DNA of 64,000 nt from Balamuthia mandrillaris (lineage: Eukaryota). The position numbers and the translations under genes were made by a program. The DNA lies in assembly GCA_031835245.2 (NCBI GenBank), contig JAVKOQ020000098.1, forward strand, positions 1 through 64,000, in the 5' to 3' direction. Numbering within the stretch: the stretch's first letter is position 1; every line of letters starts with the position of its first letter. Below the pieces are notes generated by a model, which saw only the letters and a program-made list of their open reading frames with translations, was not told where the DNA came from and did no database searches. This document shows, one piece after another, positions 35,244-49,566 of the stretch.

Positions 35244-36485
35244 CAGAGAGAGAAGAGCAAGCAAGAGAGAGAGAGAGAGAGAGAGAGAAGAAACGAGGGA
35301 CAAGCAACAGGAGAGAAGAAACAGGAAGCAAAAAACAAGAGAGTAAGAAAAAGGAACAGTATATGAAAAATGGTTGAAGGAATAAATACAGGATTGAGTG
35401 TGGAGATATCGATAAGAGCTTCCTTGCCGCCATGGTCCATACTGTTCAAGAGTCCACAGAAGGCAAGTCCATCTTGCCAACTAAACAAAACAAACAAAAA
35501 ACGTTTTTTTCCTTTAAAAAAAATACAAGGATAAGATTAATCGTTAAACGGCGTACCTCTCTTGAAAGTTTGTGACTGAGACACTTTGTGACGAAAGCAC
35601 TTCGTTACACCAGGACAAAAGCTGTGCCTGAACAGAAACTTTCTTTGTCTCTGTGCCTTCCTTCCTCTTTCCCTCCTCTATTTTTTAAAACGAAAAAAAG
35701 GTAACGCTAGTTAACAACAAATGAAGTAATCATACAAAACAAAACAGTACCATCAAACTCTCCTTGTTGGATTTGAAAACGCAGAATTAGCGTCCAAATG
35801 AGACCAAGAATGAGTTTTATGTCTCCATCATAAATATCTATTTGCAGTGTGGAAAGTTATTACAACAGAGAACAGAAACAAGTGAAAAGAAAAGAAGTTT
35901 TGAAGCAGCAGAAGAAAAAAGAGAAGCAGAAGAAGAACAAGAACAAGAAGAAGGAGAACAAGAAGAAGAAGAAGAACAAGAACAAGAAGAAGAAGAACAA
36001 GAAGAACAAGAAGAACAAGAAGAAGAACAAGAAGAACAAGAACAAGAAGAGCAGCGTGACGAGAGAAAAGAGAGAAAAGAGAGCAGAGCAAACCCTCAGC
36101 GCCAAGGTTAACAAGCTTGATGTGCTGCTTCTCCAGAAAGTCGAAGGAGACGTTGAGGTTATGAATGGCCTGAAGCTTGATCTTGGGAACTTGTTTGAAG
36201 GAAGAGGTGATGAGCTTCTTTCTGGACAAGAGCTCCAATAGGTTGGCCAGCAGGACCCCGTTACTGAGGTCCTGCTCGAAGCGCTCGATCTTTAGGTTTC
36301 TCTCTTGCAAGAAGTGGTTACACCATGCTTGAAAGGTCTATGATTTTGTTGTTTTGTTTGTAATCTTTAGGTTTCTCTCTCAAAGAAAGAGAGAGGAGAG
36401 GCAACAAAGAACGAACCTTTCTTTGTTTTCTGATCCAATCAGCTTCTTCATGAGGCCCATCCAACGAAGGAGAAGAAACAGACAT
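31274..36485 (-). CDS. Tandem-CH actin-binding domain + filamin repeats + long coiled coil + GAS2/GAR domain protein
   Basis: DLSNGVLLANLLELLS (CH1), WQDGLAFCGLL..GIPRLLDVEDM..PDDLSVMTYVS (CH2), DNDDGTYSVSY and DNGDGTYTISY..GSPF (filamin), GVYRLGNK..RILNGYLVIRVGGGYMHFEEW (GAR). Confidence 0.88.
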
Positions 36486-37435
36486 GACGAAAAAAAAAAT
36501 AACTGTGTAGCACAATTACCAATCGCTGAAGCTTTTTTTTTTGATCCGCCTTCTTTTATAACTTTTTTTTTTGGTACACAAGATCCAAGCAAACGCCTTT
36601 TACGGTTTGGAGATCCTAGAGACAGGACAAACCCGAATCTTCCTCCTTCCCTTGATACCCCAAAGCAAAAGGCTCTTTCGCGGCAGTTGCTTTCTTTCTT
36701 CTCTCACTTTTTCGTCCGGTGGCAGTGGTTTTTGCCACGAGTTGGGACCTCGTCATGCATTACCTTACATAATGAAAGAGGACGTCACTAGCTCTTTTTA
36801 TAGCGAAAACGCAAGATTAAACCTTAATTTTTGTCGACTTTATTTAATTAATATTTATCCATATAAGGTTATAGAAAATAAACAAAACGCGATTTTTCTT
36901 TGTTCTGGGGGAAGTCCGGAAAGGGAGCTGGTTTTTGAGGGCGTGAAAAGCTGCTCACAACTAGAAACAACACCGGTTAGTAGTCTGTTCCTTGCTGCCT
37001 CGATCGAGAAGAAATCTATTCCAATAACTTTTTTGAACCTCGCATGACCTAATTGGAAGCATCATCGTCGTTATCTTTTTATAGTCTTTCTTGTAGACAT
37101 TTTAACCTAATATGGGTTGCATCTGCCCAAATAATTATTCCCAAAATGATTAGAACGTGTCCTTTTACGCAACTAGAAGAAAGGGACCCCAAAACGGAAG
37201 CCAAAACACGAAAAGGGAGAGAGGAGCGCAACGCCCTCGCATAGAGGGGGGTTCGAAGTACCGCGCACGAGTCTCACTGCATCGGGCCATTACTCCGCTC
37301 CTCCTCCTCCTCGACTCGCTCTCCCCCTTGCCCAGGGTACATATAAAAGAACCAAGTCTCTCGGTATTTATTTCTCCGTATTGAAAGTCGATAACAGTGC
37401 CCCAAAGAACGACGAGAAAAAAAGGAGAGAAGATA

Positions 37436-38184
37436 ATGAGCTCTTTGACACCGTCCTGCTTTGCCTTGGTTCTTGCGTTGTTTCTTGGAGGTACTTCATC
37501 TTTCTGCGGAGTTGATGTTCAAACGGTTATAATGTGTTTTTTGTTTTTCAAACAAACTTTACGTCTTCTTTTCTGCTTTTTGTTTGTCAAACAACGAAAC
37601 AGTCGTTCAAAAAGATTTTGGCTTTGCAGAGGATGTCTGCACGTCCAACTACACAATCTTCTATCCATGCGCTCATGCAATCAACTACTCTCTTCCTCTC
37701 TCTCTCGTTCTCGACGACACCATCTCCGCTCAACTCGAGTACGCTTTTTTTTTGTTTTTCTTGATCCCTTCATCCTCTTCTATTCATCCGCTCCTTCAAA
37801 AACACCTTTGTAACACTTCTTTACGAAAATAACTACAGAGATGAGTTGTTACAGTTTGTTATATATTCCCCTGCTTGTCAAATAGCGGCAACCGAGTTTC
37901 TCTGCGCTTTGCACTACCCTCCATGTGTCCAAGAGACGAATGCGAGCAACTTCAAACCTTCTTCTCCTTCAGTATTTTCGGAGGGCTCCTCTTCTTCCTC
38001 TGCTTGGCCCTTGCCTTGCCCTTCTCTCTGTCACCAATTCGTGCGGCTCTGTGCAGATGCTCTTTCCTCTCCTGTTTCTCGATATCATCGACTCAGGTGC
38101 TCCTATGGCGATGAGGATGAAAGCAATCTTTCATCCTCTGACGAACCCTGCACCGTCACCGACTACAATGGTAACTATCTTCTC

Positions 38185-38235
<51 letters not shown>

Positions 38236-40695
38236 CGTTCTACTATGCTCTGCTCTCCTCCTTTCTTTATCACCCTGTTCCTCTTTGTAGTGAGTCTCAT
38301 TTCAAGTGGCTTGGAAACAGGAGGGTTACCCGTTTGTCCATGTCCGGAAACAACTCGATACGTAAACGACGTTCAGTGCGCTCTTCCGTGTCCCTCTCCC
38401 TACTTGAATTGGGCAGTGACGGATGGCATGCTTGTGGCAGGTTCCGGATCTTCGGTCAGCTTGTTATCCGTGCTCTTGCTCACCCTCATGCTCAAGCACA
38501 AAATATCTGTCCTTTCAGATGCTGTAGTAAGTTGCTGCTTTCTTCTTCCTTCTCGTTTTCTCTATTTTTCACCTCTTTCTTCTTACTTCCTCTTTCTTGT
38601 TCTTGTTCTTGTTCTTCTTCTCCTTCTTCCTCTCTTCTTCTTCTTCTTCTTCTTCTCCTTCTTCTCCTTCTGTCCTTCTTCTTCTTCTTCTTCTTCTTCT
38701 TCTTCTTCTTCTTCTTCTTCTTCTTCTTCTTCTTCTCCTTTAAACGCTTCTTGTGCCTCCGCTTTCTCATACTTAAATACGCTTGATATGCTATCAAGTT
38801 CTGGTTGGCCTTTTGTTGGGTAATGCTGGGCATCAACATTATATGGTCTTTCGTCTATGGACAAGACCCCATGCGCTGTACAAACTCTAGTGACGCATCC
38901 AGCTCCACCTGCACATTCTTTGGTGCGCTTTATTTATTTATTTTATTTTTTTTGCATCGGTGCATTCTCTCTTCCTCACTCTCTTTCTTAAACTTATTAC
39001 GTTCCGTGCTATTGCAGCGGGGATGATGGTATTCTTCAGCATGGCAACAACCGTTTGGTGGCTTTGTGTCTGTGGGAAGATGCTGATGAGCGTCCTTCTC
39101 GACAAGAAAGGCCTGCAGCGCAAGACGCGCTGCCTCATGATCACCATGCACTCGTTGGCCTGGGGAGTGGCCTCTGTGAGCACCATCATCGCGGGTGGAG
39201 CGGGCATCCTGGGCTCTGGGCTGGGCCTGGCTTTTTGCTTCCTTAACCAGGCCATCCCTCATAAGGAACTCTCGTATGTAGGATTGGAACTGATCATCTT
39301 TTGGGTGCCCATCTCCGTCTTTTTTATCTTTGGGATGATTCTTTTAGCCTTGTTGTTAGTCTACATTCATCAGGTTAGTATTAACCATCAGGTGTTTCTC
39401 CTTATCCGCCGCTCTTCCTTTGTCTTCTTTTTTTATTCTGATTCTTCTAGCTTCATTTCGCGTTCCTTTCTTTCTGTCTTTGTTCTCATTTCCTCTTTCT
39501 CCCCACTCCATTTTGTTTTCCTCTATCTTCTTTATCATATGCTCAAGCTTTTGGTTTGGTTTTCTCTGGTTTGCAATAGATGACCGGAGCGAATGGTGTG
39601 ATGAGGCAATGGCGCCTTGTTGTATTCTTTTGCTTCTCTTTCTTCTTTGGCTGCTTCCTTCTTCTCTCTTTCTATATTTTGGCTTTCTTGATGGAGGAGG
39701 AAGACCTCTATGAGAGCGAGGCTTCATGGGAGGCTTGCATGTTGACCTCCGATAGCAAAAACGACTGCCCCTTTTCCGCTCCTGATCCGCTCACCCTGCA
39801 ATATATCAACGTATTTGCCATGAGCTTTGCAGGTTTTGTCATTTACCATCTTTCTGTTTATCAGCCTCCTTCTTCTTGTTGTTAGTAACTCACTTAAATA
39901 TTTCTGCATGAAGGAGTTGTCTTCTTTTTCATCATGGGACTGACACACGACAACACGCAATGGTGGCGGCAAAGGTTGAAGAACGTTCTAACACGACGAC
40001 CATTCTTCGCCAATTCATCGACGCTCAAGTCGTGTTCAATGGAATACATTGGAGATGACGATGTTGATGAAGACGATGAAGAAGAAGAAGACGAGGTTTA
40101 TAACGATGAACTGAAACAAACAAGAGCAAAAGGACGTGCAGAGGAAGAAGATGGGGATGCGAAAGGAGAAAACGTTTCGGGAGTGTGGCCACCCAAACAC
40201 AGGGAAGAATGGTTTGGGGAGGAACAAAGGGTGGGACGGGCAATGGAGATAGAGAAAGGAGGAGGAGAGGCAGGACAACAGGAAGGAGTGGCGGATAAGA
40301 CAAAGGAGAGGCCAACAAGAGTGAAAGAAGGAGGAGGAGAAAGAGAAGGACGCGAAAAAACGGCACATAACAAAGGACGTGCTTTGAGGCGGGTGGTAGG
40401 ATGCAAGAGTGGCAAAGAATCAGTGGACATACATCGAAAAAGCCGGGTCAGAAAGGAGGACGACACTTCATTCACGCTCTCTACGGACTCTTTTTCGTCC
40501 ACCTCTGCTTCTTCCAGTCCTAGAGAGGAGGAACGAAGAAGACACAACTGCAACAAAAAGGAAGAAACGACTACAATAGCAGAGAACAAGGCGCCAGATG
40601 CGAAAGAAGAACAACAGGAACAAGAAGAAGAAACGGAAGAAAAGGGAAACCGCGATGGAATTCGGCCACACACAACAACACCTCACGGGACATGA
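37436..40695 (+). CDS. Frizzled/Smoothened-like GPCR (signal peptide, Cys-rich domain, 7TM, charged tail)
   Basis: ACQIAATEFLCALHYPPC..PLPCPSLCHQFVRLC (Fz CRD), CALPCPSP linker, TM segments incl. ATTVWW, HSLAWGV, GLAFCFL, FWVPI. Confidence 0.8.
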
Positions 40696-41193
40696 ATAGT
40701 AAAACACCAAAAAGAAAGATGTACTTTGAAACGAACAATAATGTAAGGACCTTTATGATAGGTTGCTAGGGAGGAAAAAAACAAAAGCTTCCCACGCTTT
40801 CCTTCTGGAACCCATCACGGTGGATTTATTTGCTTTATCTCTTCTTCAAACTTACCTCTTGCTTCGTTCATGTTTCCGACGAACGCCTGGTGTGGTGCAA
40901 GACAAGGATTTCGACAAGACGGGCCAGCTTAAGTGAGCCTTCTCTGTTGCGCCAAAGGGCGCAATCAAACATTTGAGATCGATCAGTTCAGTTCAAATGA
41001 TTACTGGCTGATCGGAAGAAATTCAAAAGCCCAATCAAAAATCAATCTGATACAACTCCGCTCGACCAATAAACATGCGGTATCACAGAAATTTCCAGTT
41101 TAAAAATTTAGGAGTTTCAGACGTGTAGCTTTCCCATTGGTTGCCCAAGTATTGTAATATTTGATTTGTGTCGACTAGTTTTTTGCGGATTGC

Positions 41194-41200
41194 TATAAAT
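41194..41200 (+). promoter_or_regulatory. Putative TATA box of actin gene
   Basis: TATAAAT 80 nt upstream of ATG, with CCAAT motifs further upstream. Confidence 0.45.
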
Positions 41201-41219
41201 TGAGTTTTTTGCTGGTTGA

Positions 41220-42401
<1,182 letters not shown>

Positions 42402-43432
42402 GTTGGTTGTGTCGTGGCGTGTTCTCGCACCACGCTAAACATCCCTGTCACAATAAAACAAATTACGAAAGACTCTTCTTCTTCGTTCTTTCTCTCCCGT
42501 TTTTCTTCCCTTCGCTCTCACTTCTTTTTTGAAGCGTGCTGCTGCTAGTTGAAATCTCGGTGTTTGAGTCGAATAACCGCTGGTATCCCGGACATGACAG
42601 CCTCAACATCTTTCTCCCGATAACACTCCATACTCAAGGGACGTCACCGGACTGTGTCGGTTCCATCATGACCCAATGCAGTACAAGAGAACTATTTCTA
42701 TCCTTCCAAACGTTACAATAGCAGTTTGCTTATTTATACGCCAGATAGAAGCCGGAAAATACGCCACCACACCAATAAACGGTAGTGAGATACAATGTAG
42801 AGTGACTGACGCAGCAGACCGTGAAGCACAGTATGCACCGCATTCGCCACTGTTGATTTCAAAGATAAGAGAGCGGTCAGTCGGTTACCATCCGAAACAA
42901 AAACCATGAAGGAAGTGGCTGTGTCTAGATTGATATTCTTCAATCCCCACATCTTGTTCAAAATGTAGTCTATGGCCTCTCAGCCAACAGGGTACTTTAA
43001 TAACCGCTGTCCCCTGCGAGACAAAACTTCACGTACTAAAACGTTTGTTCCAGGCAAGAAAAATGAAGCGCTACGGCAAACGGCCATGCGAATAAAGGAC
43101 TTTGTTGGTGTCTGTACAAAGAAGGTCCACCATTTTCAAAGATTTTGTGTATGTGCTCGGTCCATGGGGAAAGACACCGAAGGAGGTGAACAAGATATTG
43201 GCCATGCAGCAGGCGGGTAGGTGGGATGTGGACTATATTGTCCGACATGAAGCCTTCCCACCATAGCTCCGAATCGATTCCCGCTCCAAAAAAAGATGTG
43301 GTCGATAGTTTCGATAAATTTTTAAATATCCAAATAATCGCAAAAAGTTCGAGGCTATAGTTGATATACTGAAATTATCATTAATAGTTATCGGTGGTCA
43401 GGAGAGAGGACAGAAGAGAGGACAAGAGAGAG

Positions 43433-43993
43433 ATGAGCAACCAAATAAAAAAGAAGTCCATGTCGTCCCATCGAGGAGGAGAAGCAGAAGAAGATAACCG
43501 AACACCAATGCAGAGCAACGGCCCCACCCAAGAAGGAACCTCCCTACCGCTGGAGGAGATCCCTTCTTCTGCTCTCGCGGAGCAAGGCCGGAAAACCAAT
43601 CAGAACTACGTGCGAGGCAGCGACACCTCCATCCAGGGATTTCCGCTCCTCCTGAAAGGCAAAGTTGTCAAAGGTTTCGGTCGTGGCAGCAAAGAGCTCG
43701 GCATTCCCACTGGTACCTTGCTTGTTTGTTTTTTTTTTTTTTTGGTTCTTTTTCGCTTTTGTTTGCACATCATTGTCTTCTTCACTCACACGAACCACAA
43801 AAAAAAAAAAGCCAATCTACCGATCGATGATTACAAAGCATTGTTGGCAGACTTTCCGGTGGGCGTGTATCATGGGTGGGGCTGCGTTCCCGCTCTGGAC
43901 GGGTCTGTGCCGCACAAAGTGGCCATGTCCATAGGTTGGAACCCTTTCTACAAAAACAAGGAAAAAACGATTGTACGTTTCTCTCTTCTCTCT

Positions 43994-44034
<41 letters not shown>

Positions 44035-44229
44035 CTCTTTCTCACTCGTTCCTCTTCTCTTCTCTTAAATACAAACAATAGGAAGCACACATCATACATG
44101 ATTATGGCAAAGATTTCTACGGGGAAGAAATGAGGATCATCGTTTTGGGATACATTCGACCGGAGCTCGACTACATCTCCAAAGGTTTTCTTTCTCTCCT
44201 TCCTCTTTCTCTTCTTATTCTTCCTCTTT

Positions 44230-44275
<46 letters not shown>

Positions 44276-44405
44276 GACATCATCGCTATCCACAGAGGCG
44301 TTGATAGAAGACATCAAGAAAGACATCGAATACTCACAACAAGTTCTCGACACTCCTCCAAACTCTTCCTATCAAACACACACTTTCTTCACTTCCTCTT
44401 CTTAA
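43433..44405 (+). CDS. RFK: Riboflavin kinase (4 exons)
   Basis: [54 protein letters not shown]. Confidence 0.95.
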
Positions 44406-44426
44406 CCACAAAAAAAATGCAAATGT

Positions 44427-45123
44427 CTATTCGCCAAAAGAAGAAGAAGAATTGCAAGAAGTGGAAGAAGAAGAAGAAGAAATGTCCAAGTAAGACTCCA
44501 CGCTGTCCACATAGCCAGAAATAGTACAAGTCTCCATGACCGTTCGCCCATCCACCCTCATCGGGATGAGTCGCGCCGTTGGGAAGCGCTTCTCGATGAG
44601 CACGTCGATGGGGACGTTCTCCTCGCTCTCCTTGAGCTTCAGGTTCTTGCGTTGAAAGGCGGAGTTGGTGGCATGGTAGACCTCCTCCCCTTCTCTGCGT
44701 TGTATGCTGAATGCCTATTTTTTGTTTGTGCGTTAGTCGAGTGAAGGAAAAGATGAGAATGAAGAAAAAGGAAAGAAGAAAGTTACCAAGGCAGTGGGAA
44801 CAGTTCGACTGAAACGAATGATAAGACAACCGGGATACATTTTACATATCTCCTCTGCACGTATTCGGTTGATCAGCCCAAGAAAGCCTTTGCCCAAAAC
44901 GTACTTTGAAAAGTTGGTGTAAAAGATGGAATAAGGGCCAAAGAGCTTCGTCAAGAGGTTCCACTTGGAGACGGTCACCGTGTCGTCTTTGGGGAAGTTG
45001 AGGAAGTAATGCATGTAAAAGTGGAACTCTGAGTGGGAGTGAGCGTCGCGCGGCATTTCTTTCTGGAGCATTTCATAGAATCGCTGTTATGTTGTTTTAT
45101 TGGTCAATTTTGTTTTTCGAAAC

Positions 45124-45187
<64 letters not shown>

Positions 45188-47415
45188 CGAAAGAAACAAG
45201 ACGTACATCAAACGAGCAATAATAAACGTCAGCGCCGACATTTTCTTCCCACACTCTTCTAGCCTAAAAAGCAAAGAAATATGAGGGTCAACATAAAAAA
45301 TGGAAGCACAAAAAAAAAAAAAAATGAAACGTACATCCAAGTCGTCAATGATTTCAGAGGGATATTTATAAGAAGGCGAAGGCAGGCCAGCCGGCGTGAA
45401 CATACACTGAAAATGATGATAATATCTAATAACGCTACAGTTAGTTTTCAAAAAGAAAACAAGAGAGAAAGAGAAACACAAAATCGATAGAGGGAAACAG
45501 AACAAGAAGAAGAAGAAGAAGAAGAAGAAGAAGAAAAAGAAGAAATAGATGGAAGAAAAAGAAGAAATAGATGGAAGAGAAAATCTACCTTCTAAGGCTA
45601 AGTTCGATAATATCATAATTAGCATTAAGTTCACGAAGGCCTTGTTGCACCTCTACCAAAAGCTGACTTGTCTCCTGCAACTGCTTGTTGAGAATGGAGA
45701 GCAAATGAACGTATTCTAAACGGGGAGTGACGTCCAACATTTCGACGTGGGCGTTGAACTCTCCGTTTACTTCGTTCGCTGTATGCTTCGTTATGCCCTT
45801 AACTCCTTTGGAGAAAAAGTCCTTCAAAAGCAATACAGTGGCCTAATTATAAAGGAAGGAAAACTTCAGAAAATACAGAAAACAGAAAGAACAAAGGAAT
45901 TTAGAAAAGCAAACCTTCAAAAAATCGATTCGAGAACCACTACGAGCATGCATGTCAAACTTCTTCTCTGTCTGTTGCTGTGGCTGCTGGGCTGCGCCTG
46001 AGATTGCACCTTTTTGCAGCGACGATGCGGTTTGTTGGTGGCTGTTGTTGATACTTCTCATTCTTGCCGTTTGTTGTTGCAAAGCAGCTTCCTTCTCGTC
46101 CTCCCGCGTCTCGATAAAGTCGACCTGCCAGTGCAGCCGTTCCAACAACCAAAACAGCCAGTTAAAGTTCTTTTCGGCCCGTTGGCGGAGGAAGAGGCCT
46201 CCTCCATTGTCCGAGCAGAGTTGATACCAACTGGCACAGACAGCAGTCAGACTGCATATCGACCTCCAATCAAGATAAGAAAATATCTGTTTTTATAATT
46301 TTTTGTTAACAAAACCAAGTACAAATATTAGCTTAAAATGAGAAACAGAGAGGGAGAGAGAGAGAGAGAGAGAGGAGAAGAAGAGAGGGGGAGAGAGAGA
46401 GAGGGAAAGAAGGAGGAATACAAACATGTGCAAATAGCTCGCTTGGAATGTAAGAAAGCGCAGACGCGTTGGCCCAGTCGGCTTGACGCAGTTTTGTGCC
46501 GTGTAAAGTGTAAGTTGCAATCTCTTCTTTCTCTTCATCGGCCTCTTCTTCTTGTTCCTCTTCCTTTCTGACGACAGTGCGTTTTAAACAAGGAACAGTA
46601 CTATCCACCATGAGATAACCATTTCCCGCAGGAGAAAGTTCCACTGCCGTCACTGAAGAAGAAGGAAAGACAGTGCCAAAAGAAGATGAAGAGGATGGGT
46701 CTATTGGCAAAGCAGCACGAAGGGACTCGATAGCTGTCGTTGGTAACGTTATAGGTACACTTAGTGGTGCGTTGACGCTCTTCGAAGAAGCAACAAATGA
46801 AGGTGTTGGAGGAGCAAGCAAAGCGGAAGACGAGTCAGCAAATCGGTGGGGGGTTCTTCGTTCGATGAGAGATTGAGGGCTTGGTAGTTCGGCACGTTGA
46901 ACGACGATAGCTGGCAGACAGCTGGATTCATGAGTCGCTTCCTTTGGTTGAGGCCAGTGAGCAACTGGGTAGTTAATTCCATCACTTCCGGGAGAAGGTC
47001 GTACATTTTCGGTGAAAGTTTGTTGGCTAGACCAAGAAGAGCTAGTTTCGGCGAGTTGGCTAAGAGCTTGCATTAATGCTCGATCTGAGGACTGGGACAG
47101 TCCAGGTGATGAGGATGCTCTGGACCTAGCAAGGTTGCCTCGCTTTGGTTCAGGAGGGGGAGTAGCTGGAATACGCCAACAGTGCTCATCTGCGTCTTCA
47201 CTTTCACTGTCATCGTCACGGTCGTTGTCGTCATCGTCGATGTAGCCAGCATCCATTGCAGGATAATCTCGCTCTCTTTCTTCTGCTTGAGTTTTGTTAC
47301 TCCATATCACACTTCGAGCGGCATCGGGATCAACAGTTGGAGCAGAGGCCAGTTGAGGTTTTAGGGACTCGTTCATTTTTCGCACTTTGGAAGCCTTCCG
47401 CCGCTGCTTTGTTGA

Positions 47416-47457
<42 letters not shown>

Positions 47458-48129
47458 GGTTGTTGCAGTTACACATTTCTTCTGTTCTCGTTCTCCCTGA
47501 GAGGAGCAAGTGCTTCTTTTTCCGCTCCTACGCAAGCTGCTGCCGCTGTTGTTGTCCTTTCTTCGTTGTTGTCTATCGGAGACCTTTCCCATGATGACAT
47601 CACTGAAAGGCCTTCGCCGAAGCTTCGGGGCTTGCTTCTCGGTTGTTCCAATAGCACTCGTTTGAGGACCAGCGGAAGAAGGAAGAGTATCGTTCCCAAC
47701 GTCTTCTTCGGAATCCCCACCGCTGATATCCCCTTCGTAACAGAAAAAGAGCTGTTGATGCTGTTGTTGGACCTTCCATTGCTCTTCCTGTTTGGCGTTG
47801 CCCGGTTCCAACAACAGAGAGTCGTCCTCGTAGCCCAACTTCTGCCATTGGGAAATGAGGTCCCCCATACATTCCTTCCTTCTCATTTCCGCAATGTTTG
47901 GGGAAAAGCAGGAAGAAGAGGAGGAAGAGAGGGAACAAGAAGAAGAAGAAGAAGAGAGGGAACAGGAAGAGGAAGAAAGGGAAGGGGAAGAAGAAGCGGA
48001 GGGCTTCTTGTGTTTCGGAGAAGAACTTTCGTCGAGACAAATGGTGTACGAGTCCAGGTCCCCTCCTCCCAGCGGGGGAGCAGCCAGGGACTCGTCGCCA
48101 TAAAACGATTTTCCTTTGAAGAGGTTCAT
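44427..48129 (-). CDS. F-box + helical region + SH2-like domain protein with long disordered N-terminus
   Basis: Spliced F-box LSYIPSELFAH|IFSYLDWRSICSLTAVCASWYQL; C-terminal LFGPY..GFLGLINRIRAEEICKMYPGCLIIRFSRTVPTAL|AFSIQ..EVYH (SH2-like). Confidence 0.72.
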
Positions 48130-49566
48130 GACTAGTCGTAATAATTGAAACTGTATCAGAGTCGGAGTACGATGAAGATTCGGAATCGGATTCGGTTTTA
48201 GTTTCGGTTTTAAAGGACTGTTTTTTCCTTTTTCTCTTTTTCTTTCTCCTACGATGCCGCGGATGATATTTCCTCAACTCCGTTTTGGACTAATCGTGGT
48301 GGTCGTGCTGTCGTTTGCGAGGGGGAGATAACAAAAGGAAAGGCTTTCTTTAGAGTTGTTGCTCTTTCCTTCCTACAATGAAAGAAAAAAAAGCAAGGTT
48401 TCAGAGAAGAACAAGCAGGAGGAGGAAGAAAAATAAAAAAATAGTAAGGCAGAGAAGAGAATATCTGCAGAAGCAAGAATAGAGAAAAGAAGGAGAAAGA
48501 ATAGGGGGGAAAAATAAGAGCTGCTTCTTCCACTTCTTCGCGTTCGCTTCTTTTCTGTTTCTTGGAAATAACGACCGCCATACTCCCACCCAACGATGAC
48601 GTTTGTTGCTTTTTCTTCAAAAGAAGAATTACGCGCATCCTCTTTCTTGGTAATCCTCTCCGCCTTAAATAAACAAATCTTCATCCTCGCCGTTGTCTTC
48701 TCCTCTCTTCTCGTTTTTCACCCATTTCTTTTTCTCCATCATCAAAAAAAAAAAAAAAAAAAAAGACTCCAACCAAAAAAATAAATAAAATAGATAAACA
48801 ACAAACAAACCTTTTTGGATGGTCTTGGTTGTTTAAACTTTCAAGCTTCTCTGCTCACCAAAAAAAAAAAGGGGGAGGAGGAAGGTTTGGACAAGCTTAA
48901 TCGCTACTCGTTGCGTGTGTCCGTTTTTGTTTTGTCTCTCTTTCTCTTCAAACTGCTGCTACCTTTTTTTTGTCCCCTTCTCCCCACCCACCAACAAAAA
49001 AAAATTCGTAATTCGAACAGCGCGCCTTTTGCTTATTTTACGTGAAGTGCGGCAAAAAAAGGAGAGAAAAAAAAAGAAAAATCGATTTTTTTTTTAACTC
49101 AATCTGTGTGCGCATTCTTAAGCTTGTCTCTTTTTATCGTCGGCACCCACGAAAAGGCACGTTCTGTTTTTTTTTTTTGGCTTTTTCTGAGCCGACGTAC
49201 CAGCCGTTTCTCTTTGCTTTGCTTTTCTTCTTTTTCTTTTTTTTTCTGGGGGTGACGGAAGTGCGTGGGAGTACATGACACTATTCATACCCCGATTTAA
49301 AAAAACTTCGGAAATACCACTTAACAAGTCATGCTGTGGTGTGTGAGAGAGAGAAGCAATTACCAACGAGAGAGCGAGAGACCGAGACGCGCCAACATGA
49401 CACCATTTTCTCACGACGACATGATGAAAATGCTCCGGTTGCTGTGCAATTAAACGTGTACCATGGAAACACATCACGACGACATGGAACCTTACATAGG
49501 TTGCTATGGTAACGATGGTTTTCCCTTAATTTCTGCTCTGGAAAGAAAAAGGAAGAGTGCAGCAAG

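Noticed and set aside
42402..43260. Mixed-composition stretch with short ORFs downstream of actin
   Set aside because: No sustained frame, repeat structure or RNA motif recognised
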